Assembly: GCA_018398765.1 (NCBI GenBank)
Contig: JAHBMJ010000454.1
Coordinates: 1 to 47,441, forward strand
DNA length: 47,441 bases
Reading direction: 5' to 3'
From: Chromera velia
Taxonomy: Eukaryota
Positions 12,633 through 25,863 of this stretch are shown here, piece by piece; the first letter of the stretch is position 1; the number at the start of each line of letters is the position of its first letter. The position numbers were made by a program, and so were the translations under genes. Below the pieces are notes generated by a model. It searched no databases. It saw only the letters and a list, made by a program, of their open reading frames with translations, and was not told the DNA's origin.

Positions 12633-14036
12633 TCATGGGAGAATTTCATTCTCTGCCCCTCCCTCTTCTCCCTGACTCCCCTCCGCCTCACCCTTCAAGC
12701 TTTCAAACACAGGCGCTGCCTCCTCTATGAACCCCAACAACCCCTCCTTATTCCTGTCCCAATAGAAAGGCAACATGCGGGCAGGGGGCATCTTCGGTCG
12801 GGACAGCTCCAACGTGAACATGCGGGTATTTCGAAAATGATTCATGTAGTCTTGCTCACCCCCCCACACAGAATACCAGTCATACCCATTTGTAATTCCA
12901 TTATCGAATCGGGACATGTATCTAGGATCTACAGCGTGGGCAGCATCAGCATACTTCTTTGCCACCCTCCTCCACCATGCATCGTCAGGGTGCCTCTCTT
13001 GAATAGAGTCCCATGGGTAATTGATCACCTCGGCCCCCCCATGCATATTCACACCCAGAGTGAAGTTGTGGGTTCTCACGAAGTCCAAAAAGACCTCATT
13101 CTCTGTCTGAATCGGCCGACCTCCAGGAGGCCCCTCTGCCATAAGCATGTACGGATGATTTCTGTTCAAATCCAACCAATTGGAGTTGAACCGTCTCGCA
13201 CCCCTGATCGTAGTATCCCCCCCCGCATAGGTCCCATCAGGATTCCTCAAGGGAATGAACCAGAGCACGCTGGAGTTGACGATCGACTTCAACCGAGCGT
13301 CGGAGTCATACCCTTGCAACAAAGTCTGCACCAACTTCAGAGACAAAGGAAGCCCCACAACCTCGTCTCCGTGCATGTTAGCATCAAGCAACACGGAGGG
13401 TTTGTCGTCGTTGGCGTCTCCCGACACCCTCATGAGCAGAATCTCTCTGCCCAAGACGCTGTCCCCAATCTTCTCCACCCGACACAGGTCGGGACGCAGG
13501 GCGGCTAGCCCCCTGACCAGGCTTTTATAGCCTTCATAGGTCGGATAGGCAGAAAGCACGTCGGAGGTTGCGGTGAGCTTGTCAGACATCACAGGCGCCT
13601 CCCCCGTCTCGCTGGGTCGCTGCCTGAGTTGGAGACTGTGGACGACTGCGGAGGTGCTACTGCTACTGCTGCTGTCTGCCTTAGGGAGGGAAAGAGACTT
13701 CTGAGCCTCTCGGATGGAACCCCGAAGACTGAGCACATCAAACATGGAAGGCAGGGAAGCGGAAGGGGACCCTGTCTCCTTGGCTTCATGTTGGGGGTGC
13801 TGCTCTAGGAGGGCTTGGAAGTTCTCTGTGGAGGCATACGCAGTGACAGTGCGCGTGGCGACGTCAATGGAGTCGATGGAGAGTTGCAAGTGCTGCACCA
13901 ACCGGTTGAGGGCAGAGAGCTCATTTATCTGGAAGGAGAAAAAGACTTCGTCTGTAGACAGAGAGAAGACTGAGCTCGACTGGAGTGTGTAAAGGAGGAG
14001 ACAGGGCAAGAGGGGCAAGAGGGAAGGGACCCTCAT
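12633..14036 (-). CDS. Secreted M14 zinc carboxypeptidase (467 aa, intronless)
   Basis: Signal peptide MRVPSLLPLLPCLLLYTL; zinc motif NMHGDE; RFNSNWLDLNRN; NMHGG (third zinc His); GITNGYDWY; catalytic Glu in FTLELS. Confidence 0.92.
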   Translation of the reverse strand: MRVPSLLPLLPCLLLYTLQSSSVFSLSTDEVFFSFQINELSALNRLVQHLQLSIDSIDVATRTVTAYASTENFQALLEQHPQHEAKETGSPSASLPSMFDVLSLRGSIREAQKSLSLPKADSSSSSSTSAVVHSLQLRQRPSETGEAPVMSDKLTATSDVLSAYPTYEGYKSLVRGLAALRPDLCRVEKIGDSVLGREILLMRVSGDANDDKPSVLLDANMHGDEVVGLPLSLKLVQTLLQGYDSDARLKSIVNSSVLWFIPLRNPDGTYAGGDTTIRGARRFNSNWLDLNRNHPYMLMAEGPPGGRPIQTENEVFLDFVRTHNFTLGVNMHGGAEVINYPWDSIQERHPDDAWWRRVAKKYADAAHAVDPRYMSRFDNGITNGYDWYSVWGGEQDYMNHFRNTRMFTLELSRPKMPPARMLPFYWDRNKEGLLGFIEEAAPVFESLKGEAEGSQGEEGGAENEILP

Positions 14037-15429
14037 CTCCCTTGCAGCTGGAGTGAGTGATTCGCTTCTTTTGTCTGCTGAGTCTCTTTGCCTGCAGCCA
14101 ATTTCAATCTCTCTCTGCAAAAGAACCAGAGCGTCTGGAAAGGATCTGATCGCCACCCAGCTGGGCTAGCACGATGCCTCGATCGAAAGACTGAGTGAGC
14201 AGCTGTCTCTGTGTTTTTCGACGGTGCCCTGACAGCTTCTTGGAAGACGGACTAACTGAGGAGATGTGGTGGACGCTGTCTTGCGGATTCCACTTTTTGA
14301 GCAATTCCCGGCCACCGACGAAGAGGCTCGGAAGAGCACAACTGCAGGGGATCAACGTACTGGGTCATTCTGATTTCTTGCTGATCGAAAGATTGCATGA
14401 ACCTAGCTGCATGCATCATTTTTTTTGTGCATCGAACGGCGCGCTACGCGCGCTTGACAAAAACTTACGTGCCGCGAACTGAGTCCATGCAGTGCATGTG
14501 CGCGCACTTATGCGCGATATCGCGCGGCCGATGCAAAATGATGCAAAGGCCGGTGCATGCATGCACATGCACTCCTGATATTGAGGATTCTTCATACTGG
14601 TTCGACAAAGGACTAGAGAGACACTAAAGGTAATTCTTTATAGTGTCTCTCTGGTCCTGCATGTGTCGGGCCAGTATATGCATCTTGCCTATAGGTTATC
14701 CGTCTGATATTGAGGATTGCATGCATGCATGCATGATCGAACAGCGGGAATAACAGCGAATTCATATCAATCACGAGGCAGATCAAGCCTTCCATCAGAC
14801 CTCTGCACAAGTGTGGCCGCTGAAGTGGTTGGCATGGGCGCCCATGCATTCCTTTTCTAAAAGTCGCGCTCAACAGAGCTGAACGATCGCAAATGCTCGC
14901 ATGCAAACGGTAGACTGCATGCCTGACCTTCAGAGAATAATAATATTAGATACAGGAAGACCGATTGGGCAGCAATGAGAGTGTCTGCAGGTTGGAAGTG
15001 AAGAAGAAGAACCCCACTAAGTTGGTTTTTTCTTCGCATTTGACCCTCAGTGCGCGAGGAGACGGAGGACGCCGTAGCTGGACGGAAACCTGACATGGGA
15101 GCGTCAGCGTCTCCGTGTGTTTCTGAGAACGCCGTCTGGAAGCTGGACTGCTGCACGCTGTAACGTTGGCCTGTCCTGGGTTTTCGTTTGAGCCGTGCTC
15201 TCTGAATGGCCCTGGAGTTGGGACGGTTCGGTCTTCTTTGCAGCGTTAGGGCGAACTTTCGGGCTCGGTCTGGACACTTTCAGCAGGGAGACAGAGTGCT
15301 TGTTGGAAAAGTTCTGCAGATCTACACCGTAGTCGCATTTGTTTCCTCCTCGTATGTGTAGAACAGATACTTTTGTCACTCCCTATGGGGTCTGCGTGCG
15401 GGTAAAATCCCGTGTCGCTCTCGTCAAAT

Positions 15430-16565
15430 CTGCACAGGCGTCAATAAAAACACCCTACTGCATTGGGAATGGATATATATATAAAGGTGTGTACATGTGC
15501 ATGCACACGGACGGACAGACGGACGTGTGTGTGTATAGTGTATATACATATGTGTGGGTGGGTGGGTGGGGGTGTGGGGGTGTGGGTGTGGGTGTGGAAG
15601 AAAAAACAGGTCGAAAAAGGTGACCCCCTATCCCCTCTTCTGTTCTTGATTTTTATTCAGGACCTCCATGAGAGAGTGAAGGCATCTGCACTACAGTAGT
15701 GCGAATGTCGTGCTCGGCGGTGTTGAGTGCGACAGCCTCGGATATGCGGACGCCTTTGTGCCTTTGGCTGAATCCGTGCAAGACTTCCAGGTGAGTCAGT
15801 CTGGATCGATGAGTTGAATGCATGCCTTTGGTCAAGAGAGAGGCCTCACTGTTGATCTAACAAAGGCGAAAGTCATGCGTCTGTCCGATCGGATTCCCTG
15901 TTTTTGATAGAAAGGAGGTCGAAAGAGCCTATAAAGTCCTACAAATATCTGGGTATTAATTCTTTTGTTTAAAGGAGGCAATTTGAAGAAGCTGATTGAA
16001 GAAACACTCAGAGTAGCCGACAGGCAGAAAGATTTGGCATGCACAAGATTTGGACCTTTCATTAGGACACCTTCTCCCTGCAGGAGAAGTCGACAATGTG
16101 TGTCCCTGTGCATTCTGGCTATCGCTACCACCGTTGCTTTATACCATTTGACAGCCCTACCATCCTTCAGTCAGACTTGGATGCCTTGAATGTCCTCCGA
16201 TTGCGTTTTTTTCGTTGGGTACTGAGTCTGTCTTACTCTTCTTTCCATTTTTTTCCGTCAACCCACTGTATGCTATTGGTCGACACCAAGGCCGGATTGT
16301 TCTAGCTCCAGCGCCGCCGCATCGTCTTCGTGGACCATGGTCTCCTGTTTATCATGCCTGCATGTACATGACATTGTTGCCGCGTGGTATCTGAATGGCT
16401 GGATGCCTTCCAATCTCAGAATACCGGCAGACATCTGAGCTGTCTTGATGAATGGTACTTGTCCCACCGCAATGATGTACGGCGCATACAAGTTGGTTGG
16501 GTGGATGCCGCGTGACTGGGGTTGAAACAAATTGTAATTGCTGATCAGTAATTTAAAAAAAATAA
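15430..16565 (+). pseudogene. Degenerate non-LTR (LINE) reverse transcriptase relic
   Basis: KGDPLSPLLFLIFIQDL (RT motif B') at about 15615-15665; YKYLGIN at about 15939; stops, frameshifts and an inserted TG tract; A-rich end at about 16555. Confidence 0.75.
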
Positions 16566-17483
16566 AGAAAGACAGCCATAGTGAGGCGCAAAGTTGGTCA
16601 TCTTCTTCAGCAAAGAGCAGTAATCGTCCGTGAATTTGAAGCTAGATTTGAAGTCGAAGGGTACGTTGAATCCTAGGTTGAATCAAAATACCTGTGGGCT
16701 GCTTGATTATGCCTTGATAGTTATATTAGAAAGGGTGGCACGGATTATAGGCGGTTTCTATCTATTTTCAAGTTTATCACTAACACTTTCAGTGGACCAC
16801 TGGACCACGGGGGAACCCAGAACATACATCCTAATCCTAATTCTAATCCCAAATTCTAACCGTAATCTTTTGAATTCTTTTCACTCAGTGGCAAAAAAAA
16901 AATTCCTATAATTATATTAGTAAAATTTTTGGTCTACTAGATCATTCTACTAGTAATTGAAATTAACAAGCAAAATACTAGTAAAAAACGTAGAGCTAAC
17001 TACATCGAATCAATCAATTATTGTTATTTCAAATTTAGTTTTAAGTACGTGCCAGCTTGTGATTCTCAGACCTATATTACAAAATTTAGAGGGGAACTTT
17101 TGACTGTCGCCTCGAGTGCTGCTCACTCTATAGTGCTCACTGTAATTAATTGTGGTTGATGATGATGATGATGATGGTTGCCAAACCCCAGGTGGAGCTC
17201 TAGGCAAAACATATGAATGAATGAATGAATGACTATAGCCGTCGGAGCCTAGCTCCTGGCAGTCCATGTTCATGTAGCCTCTTTAATTAATTTAAACAAA
17301 CATATCGCTGCGTTACATGTTTTGATGATGTAAGAATATGTACGATGGTTGACCCGCATTTATAAATTATCAATCAAATGTTTACAAATCTTGTAGGGAA
17401 AAAAAAAAAGAAACAAGATTGCAGGATTTTCTAAACACATACATCCTTTTTTGACAATGTTTGTGACTCTCGCAACACTTTTC

Positions 17484-17887
17484 TCAGCCATGTTCACCTC
17501 CGCCGTCGCGAAGCACTTCAAAATGCTTCAACTGTTCCGCTCTCATGCGCTGCACAAAACACCAGTCACAAGAAAATGCAAGGCCAGCAGTCAAGTATTT
17601 TCGTATTTTCATTGATTGATCGATTGATTGATTGATTAACACACACAGACACAAGAATTGGCCCAGAGTGTCTGAGAAAACTCCAAAGAAAACTGTTTCA
17701 TGTGTCGACATTGAACATCCCCATGGCCGGGGATTGGGGTGCATACACACAAGTGCGTGCTCGCACACAGATAGACTCACGAAGACGCATGCACACACAT
17801 TTTCTGTCCGTCTCTTTCTCTCACATACGCATACATGCGCGCGCGCACCCCATCACTCACTCACTCACTCACTCACTCACTCAATAA

Positions 17888-17926
<39 letters not shown>

Positions 17927-20900
17927 GCACATCCTCAGAAGCTCCTCCCGCTCCCTCCCCCTCCATGACCGACAACACGCGGTCCACAAAAGGAGACAGG
18001 GGAGACAGACGCGGACACATGGACGCAATCCCGAGACCTGCGCATGACATGAAATGAAGGACGGAACAGTAGATTCACTGGTGCATCTTCTCTCCATTGA
18101 TTGATTGATTGTTTGCTTGATTGATTGATTGATTGATTGATTCTTCATCCATTCTTGTCTGTCGGGTTCAATTCAAAAGTCAACTTCTGCTCCAGCACAC
18201 GAGCACTGCAATGATTGAGTTGGACAAGACGCCGCCTTCAGAAACAAAACACCCGACCCGAAACAGAATGAAGGCAATTAACCTTCCTGCTCGCAGCGCA
18301 ACAAGGCCCCAACGCTGACACCGCATGAGAACTTAAGTAGAACGGAACGAATCACGTATGCAGCCCCTCAGGCATCCATCATATCGCGTACAAGAAAGAT
18401 GAATTCCATACATACAGCCAGGAGAAAAGATCAGGGATTATTGAAAGAAACAGACGAAGAACTAGCATTCGTTCTCGGTTTCGCTCTTCCTTTTCCTCAG
18501 GTCTCCTCGCCCCCTCATGTGAGCTCTTGACTGACTGCATGAACCTACGCGGATTTTTCTTTTTTCTTCACTTCCAAAAGAACTAATAAGCAGCCTGCCT
18601 ACCCTTTTCTCTCCCCCCTTCATCCTGGCGGTTCCACAAACGGATGTACGCCAAAGGGTCTGTCCGCACAAGCCTCGGGAGGTCCCCTTCCTGTCCTGCA
18701 GTCGATGCAGACGCAGACGCAGACGCCCCCTCTTCCCCCACGTCCCCCGATCCTCTGTGCTCTCCCGACAGACCCACTCCCGCAATCTGAACAATCTCGT
18801 CGATCACTCTGCATGCAGGCAAGTGGAATGAATGCAATCAAGCTTCATGTGTCTGGAGGCCCGTTTCAACAAGAAGAAAAGAAAAAGAATGGTCAAAAAG
18901 GAAATTTGTTCATGCAGAACGAAAGAGGAAACGAAGAAAGGAACCATCAATGAACCAATCAATCAATCAACAGAGAAAAGACGCCGTCTTTCAATTCCTC
19001 CAGGAGACACAGACAAACAATGAATGAATGCATGCATGCATGAATGAATGAATGCATGAACTGACGACTGAAGCTCCGGAATCACGCAATCCCCCTTCAT
19101 CGACGCCAGAGCACCTGCCCACTTCCTCTCCATCACCCTCTCCTCCTCACTTCGCAAAGGATCCCTCTCTCTCTCGTCTACCCCCCCGTGCCGCCACTGC
19201 CCATCTCCCTCACCTGTCCGTCTCAAACTCCCACTCCCACTCCTTCCCGCCTCCCTCTCATGCTCCCCCCTCACCCCTGCCGTCCCTACTCGAAGAGTCA
19301 CGTCAACCCGCCCGCCTCCAGACGGCAGGGGCACGTCACACGAAGCAGACGCGCACACAGTCCCATCATCTCCCCCACCCCCCTCCACCTGTCGCGATGA
19401 CTGCGCTCCACTTCTCCCTGCTGTCACGAGCCTCTCTTTCTCTGGCGACTCTGTCGCGACCTTCCCAGGCTGCCCCCTGGCGTCCCCCCTGAAGGTGAAC
19501 TCATGGAGGGGGGTCCTCCCTGAGAAGACAGGGGGCGGGGAGTCAACAGAGCCCCATGCACTCAGATGATCAGGGCGGGATGTCCTGTGACTCTCCCTCC
19601 CCGATTCTCTCTGCTGCCCCGCGTTCCCCCCCCGAGTCTCGAAGTTCTGAATGAGATCGTGTGCAGAGACGGACACGGAGTCAGGAGGAGGAGGTCCATC
19701 TCCACTCAGGCCACCAGGCCGGGAGACTGCAAACTCCCCTCCCGGACCAAGTTGAACGCCATCCCGGGGAGGTGTGTAGCAGTTCCGTGCCCTCTCCAAA
19801 GAGGCCGCTGCCTGCGACTGCAGCCGTGCTCTCACAGGGCTGCAGGGGGCAGAGACGGCACCCCCCAGTCCTGCCATCTCCCCTGCCAGGCCGGCGAGGC
19901 CCCTGAAGGAAGAGAGGGGACCTGCGGGATCGGAATGAAGACCTCCTCTGTCCCTGCTGTCTCTTTCTCTTTCTGCCTCCATCACCCTGCGCGCCAATCC
20001 AGAGGGGCCAGTTAGGGAGACGCTCTGGGGGGAGAGTCGGGAGGGAGACGGACGGTCTCCCTTTGTGCCTGCATACCTTTCTTCAGGGTCGCCTGGGTGG
20101 AGGCGGAGAGGCAGAGCAGAGACCAGACCTCCTCGTCCTCTGCCTGCACAGAGCGGTCAGACACAAACACAGAGATGTGAGTGAGAGTTTTTTTTCATCT
20201 TCTCCACAAAAACTGCTTTCTTTTGGGGAGAAACTGCAACAAGAAAGAAAAAGAGAGCCTGAGGGCTTCTCTCCCTTTGCCCTCACACAAGATGATTCCT
20301 TCCGTTCCTTTTCAGAGGCATGAACAAAAAAAGCATGGAGCGAAAAGGCGAGACGTCCGTCATCTCTCTCCATGGAAGAAGACCAAGGAAGCACAGATGC
20401 AAGCGAGCGAATGACAAGGCATGCTTTTAAAGCAAAGAAATGCTAGCAAGATGGGCTTCATTCAGTCCTTTAAAAGTCCGTCTTTGCATTCCAACCCTGC
20501 TTCCTATTGTCTCTCTGTACATTCTGGTCATGGGCTTGCAGAAAGGAACACACCCCCCTCCCCTCCACATCATACCCCCAACTAACTTGAAAGATCCTCG
20601 TCCAGCCCCAATCCCACCTTCACCCCACCCCACGCTGGAGTGTCCGGAATCCCTCCGTCTCCCCTGAGTGCACTCAGACCCTCAAGCCCTCTGCTGCCCC
20701 CCACAATGAGCCTCTCGGGGTTTCCTGAAGGATGCACAAACCGGGAGGGGACCTCTCTTTCTCCCAGAGACGGTATGCAATCTGCACAACCTCCCGTGTC
20801 TGCCGCTGCCATCGGAGAGGTTACATAGGCACCCACATGCCTTCCTCTTCCAGGCGAAAGTCTGTCCTCGATTCTTTTCCTCTCACTCTGCCCTCTCTCC

Positions 20901-23900
20901 TCACACTCACGCAGCATCTGCTCAGCTCGGCGTATCAACTCACACACAGAGAAGTCCCCCTTCCAAGTACCCGCAATGCCATTGCCAACAGCCCCCTTAG
21001 GCCTTCCAGCCGAAGCCTCTGCTCCCCTCTGATCCCTCTCTCTTTCTGCACCCATATTCTGTCGACGAGTGCGCAACGTGGTTATGCCATGGGGACGAAC
21101 TTGGGATGTGTGGGGGGACGAGGGCCTGCTGCCGGGGCCTATGCGTTCGTTTGACGTTCCCACCCCCCCTCCCCCTCCTCTATCGCTTGGGCCCCTTCCT
21201 GGGCCCTGAAGTTGAGGACTACACGGCATTGCCCCCCCTGTCCCCCGCCCCCCATTTCTGTTTCGAGAACCCCCCTTCAACCCCCCTCTCCCTGCTTGCC
21301 TCCCCCTCTGTCCTTCACCTCCTCCCCTCTCAGCATCGTCCTCTGCCCCCACAGACGTCCGGGACCTCCCGACTGGCACAGCAGAACCTCTGGCACCTGG
21401 ACTGACTCTCACCTGCCTCCCCCCTATCCTCGCATGGATGTCTCCCGACCCAGCCTGCCTCTCTTCCGCTGTGGTCCACATGAGCGCATTGGCCATCGTC
21501 GTGGAGGTGTGCGATGCCACTGCAACACTGTCAGGCTGCTTCCAACAGTCTACTCGAGATCTGATGGTCCGATAATCAGGGGCAGACTTGGCAGGCTGCA
21601 CTCTCTGGGTTTTTCTTCGAAGGAAGGGGCTGGGACTCGGATTGCGTCTCTGCAGCCCTTCCCCCCCTCCTCCTCCTTCTCCTGCTGTGTCCGCACCCGC
21701 ATCGTCCTCCCCCTCCGGGCCTATTCTCCTGTCTCTGTCCTCCTCCTCTCGGGAAATGCCCATGATCCCCTCTGCCTCTCCTGCCGTCTCCTCAGGGAGG
21801 GCTTCCACACTCATGCCGGCACCCTTCCCTCTTTGGGGCGGGGAGCCGTTAGCAAGGGGAGACCTGGAGCCTCCTGAGGTGGAACGACGCTGTGCTCCCC
21901 TCCCCCTGCTGTCTCTTCCCGTTTGTCGGGCATCTCCTCCTCCTCCTCCTCTAGGAGAGGAACGGGCCGAGAAGGGAGGGGAAGGGGAGGAGGGGACGTC
22001 GTCTGCAGGGATGATGCCAAGCTTGAGTTTGCGTGCAAGGGCAGGCACGATCTGGTCGTCTAGAGACGGAACGGGGGGGGCGGGGGGGGCACCTGAGGGG
22101 GCGGCCGGGTCCCTCCCGCCTCCGTTGGCCCCCCCTGCTGTCACGGTGGCTGCTGAGGGCGAATCGTTCGGCATCCCTCCTTTTGCACTGTGTGATGGCG
22201 AGGGGGGTTCCTCCTGTGTGTCTTTCTTCTTTTGGAGAGAGGAGACGGGAGGGGCTTCTGAGGGCATCATGGGGGGATCGTGGGGGGGGAGAGACTGGGG
22301 AGGGGCCCTAGGGGAGGGGGGCATGAGGGCTGGCTGACTTGGGGCCTCTTCATGTGGTCTTCTGTCTTGTGGAGGAAGTGAGGAGGGGACGGGATCTGGG
22401 GGGAGACGAGAGGAGAGGGGTCCTCCCACAGTCTCTGTGACAACAACTGGAGGTCTGTGTTGTTCTTCTCTTCCTGGCATCCATCTGTCAGCGTGGGGGG
22501 GTAGATGGGGAGGCCAGGGGGGGGGAGGGGGAGACGAGGGGGCGGGAGGAGTGATTTGAGAGATTTGGTGAGGGTGTGGGTACGGAGGTCTGTCGTTGAG
22601 TTCTCCCCCGTCTCCTTCTGGCCCCTTTTCTCTTTCTCGTCTGGCAGACAAAACTTGACATCCAGGTGCACAGGTGCACGGTTGCGTCGGGTCGACAGTC
22701 ACAGCAGAGTCACCGAGAGCCGTCTCTCGTTGTGGAGGTTGCCGTGCTGAGTTGGGTGCATTCTCAGCCACTACCCCATTCAACGCAGCAAAAGGTTTGG
22801 GAGTCTCCATCGTCTCTCTGTCGTGCAGTGGCTCTTCCGGCTCTGCTTCTTCCTCTTCAGGTTCGGGCACAGAGTGGCCGAATGCAGCCAGGAGCTCGGG
22901 AGAAGTTGCGAATATCCCTGGCTTCTTTTTCCTGCCGCGGGTGGGGGAGGTCGGAGGGCCCTGTCCGTGTCGTTTGGGAGCAGGGTGTGAGGTGTGACGT
23001 TGAACTGGTTGTGCGGGCTGTGGGGGGGACAGGTTGGAAGTGGGCTTCGATGTTGGGTCTCCCTGTTGATGTCTTGGGTGCTGGGGGCAAGTGGTTTCGT
23101 GTTGGACAGGTGCAGCTGCAGGTCTCGGTGATAGGCGTTCAAGGTCCTGTTGCACTCTGGTTCTATGCTCTGCCGATACAGAAAGGGGAAGGGGTGGCGG
23201 GAGGGTCCCCCCGGGGACAGACGACGAGAGGGGGTCCCACCTCCTGGGTGGCCTGGGAGAGTGAGAGGAAGGGAATGGAAGGTCTAGGTGTGTTCTGTCT
23301 GCGTTCCTCGGATGGTGGGCATAGTCTTGAATGTGACGCGTCCAGAGCGCGTCAGAGGGTGCAGAGGGCATGCCGGCAGGGAGAGGAGCCTGAGATGAGT
23401 CTGCAGGCAGGCGGGGTGGAGGTGCGAAGGTTCTCTGTACATAGGAGGAACACCAGTCGGACAGGGCAGAACTGTGCGCAGGGGGGGGGGAGGTACAGGC
23501 GAGTTGGCGTGTCTGGGGATCTGGAGGGGACACGGGGGCGGAGGCTGAGAAAGGAACGGAGGAGGCTAGCCAGTTAGGGAGGTGCATTGAATGCGGGTAG
23601 GAGGGAGGGGGGGGCATAGGAGGGAAGGTGTAGAGATAGGGGGGATAGGGTGATTGCCCGCAGTATGCACAATGCGAATGCTGCACTGGGGGGATGACGG
23701 AAGGGGGGCCTCTGGGGCTCCGTGGGGACTTCTGAGCACACCAATCTACCTCAACATCGGGGTGGGGGGGGGTTTGTGCTGCAGCTCTGAGGTTTGCCTT
23801 TTGTTGCTTTCTTGCGAGTCTCTGCTGTGCCAGAGTTCCTTGGGGTCTCGCCCCTCTTCCCCCTCCAGAAGCTCTCCTCCCCCCCGGCCTGGCCGGACCC

Positions 23901-24308
23901 GAGCGGCCTCCCTCGCGTGCTCCTTGTGTTGGGAGGCCCGCAGCATGAGCTGCCGTCTCCCCTGAAGGGAAGCCAGAAGGTCCGTCCGGTCGGGCTGCAG
24001 GAACAGGGAAAGGGTCAATGTAAAGGGAGGTCGGAAGAGATGCGAACGCAGAAAGGACAGGACTGACATCTGGCACTGTGGTATCTGGTCCTTGCCTTGG
24101 TGGTGTGTACAGTCCTCCACCATCTCTGTATCTTGTCTACTGTTTCGGAGAGTGTTCGTATTCTGCCCAGCCGGTCGTTCAATGAAAGCCTATCCGATCG
24201 ATGCCGAACCCATCGCTGCAGAGTCACAGCAGCAGCCACCTGCACACGAGTGGGGCGTACAATGGGTGGGTGTGCCACGGGGCGTTGTTCGTTCGCGCCA
24301 TTCATCAC
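17484..24308 (-). CDS. Large multi-exon, mostly disordered protein with two N-terminal IQ-like motifs; 3' exons approximate
   Basis: Exon 1 24308-24068 contains AAVTLQRWVR and VDKIQRWWR. A phase-consistent GT-AG intron (24067-23995) joins it to the 3.4-kb Pro/Gly/Ser-rich open frame; further exons at about 20150-19060 and below. Confidence 0.65.
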
Positions 24309-24875
24309 GCCACTGGATATTCAACAAATAGAAGGAACAGTCATCCAGGGAAATCATCCAAGCAAAGCTCAGACGAAACTTTGGTCAGTGCATGTGCGTG
24401 ATCTGGCACAGGAGCCTTTCAGGAATGATTGGAATGGTCGGAATTGAAGAGCAAACTTGTACTGCAGGTGAGCGCAATGATGTAAGAACGCGTGTGTTGT
24501 TCAGAACTTAGCCGCGACCCGGCCGCCGGATCAATGCACGCACGCGCGTCCCCAACCGGAATCATGCAGGGCCCTATAGCTTAATTCGATCATGCAATTT
24601 TCGGCTTGTTCGATCGCTCAGAGCTCATGCAGTCTGCACACGCATGTATGGCAAATTTTTCGTGAAGTTAATTCCGCCGTTTGAAGGAGTTTCTACCGTC
24701 ACTCTCAGTCGAAAAGCAAGGGGTGAGGTAGAAAAAGACAAGGCGCATGATCTAGGCTTTGAAAAAACGTCGATTGACCTCCGGAGGTGCACAGGCAACT
24801 CGGCTCTCGATCCGTCAGACAAACAACACATGACACTGAATTCGTTCCTCTCTTCTGAATTGGTCGAAGTGTCTC

Positions 24876-25796
24876 ATGTCGGTGCCTGAAAACAGCTTCC
24901 TGATGGCCAACACTCGACATCACGAGCAGGGGCAACAGGGGAGGGGCAGGGCTCAACTGCAAGAGCGGCAGCAGGCAGAGGAAGAGGCAGCTCCCTTCTC
25001 CCTTCCCCTCCAAATTCTCCGACACAACATTGGTCAGCACCTCGTTTCTCATCTCTGTTCTGGAGGCTCCCTTCTGGTGCGCTCCATCTGCAAAGAGTTC
25101 CTGGCTGAAATGGAGGCAGAAAGGACTGGCAAAAGAGATACCACGATCTCGGACGCTCTCGGATACCCAGGCAGCATTTCGGTGGCAAGGTGGATGCTCT
25201 CGGTTGAGCCGGACATGCCAGAGATACTTCTGTACGTGTGTGCGAGGAGAAACGATTACACTCTGGCCAATGAGCTCGAAGATTTTGATATCATCAAGTG
25301 CTCACTACAGCCCATCCAAGAAGAGAGGGCCTGGAGAGGCCACGCGGACATGAGGAGGCTCGCCAACCTCCTTGCCGCATGCAACGGAGCAGTAGACGGG
25401 GGCCACGTCGAGTTCTTCCAGGCGTGCTTCGACAGACTCAGACATGCCATTCTCGCCCGTCGTCCTTGTTTGATGGATGCCCTTCCCTGGCGTTCCTGGC
25501 AGGACAGCGCCCGGCGTGGAAAGGGGACACTGGCAGATGAGGACCGTCGGCAATCGAGGCGATCATAAAGGACAGAGGCTTCTTCGAAAGGCACGAGTGC
25601 ACAGAGCTCGCAGAACTCCCTGTCAACTTTGCCTCGTGTGTTGCTCTTCAAAGCCTCGCAAAGAGAGCGAAAGAAGAAAATCTAGAGGCTGCAGGACTTC
25701 CCATCCTCTCATTCACCAACTCAAACAGGTCGGTCTTGTGTTTCAATTCCTTGTTTGCATGTGCGTGCTTGTGTGTGTGCGTGCGTGCGTGCGTGC

Positions 25797-25863
<67 letters not shown>

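Noticed and set aside
12837..13530. Plus-strand ORFs of 223 and 91 aa
   Set aside because: Antisense shadows of the carboxypeptidase.
20640..23965. Many overlapping plus-strand ORFs
   Set aside because: GC-rich shadows of the large minus-strand exon.
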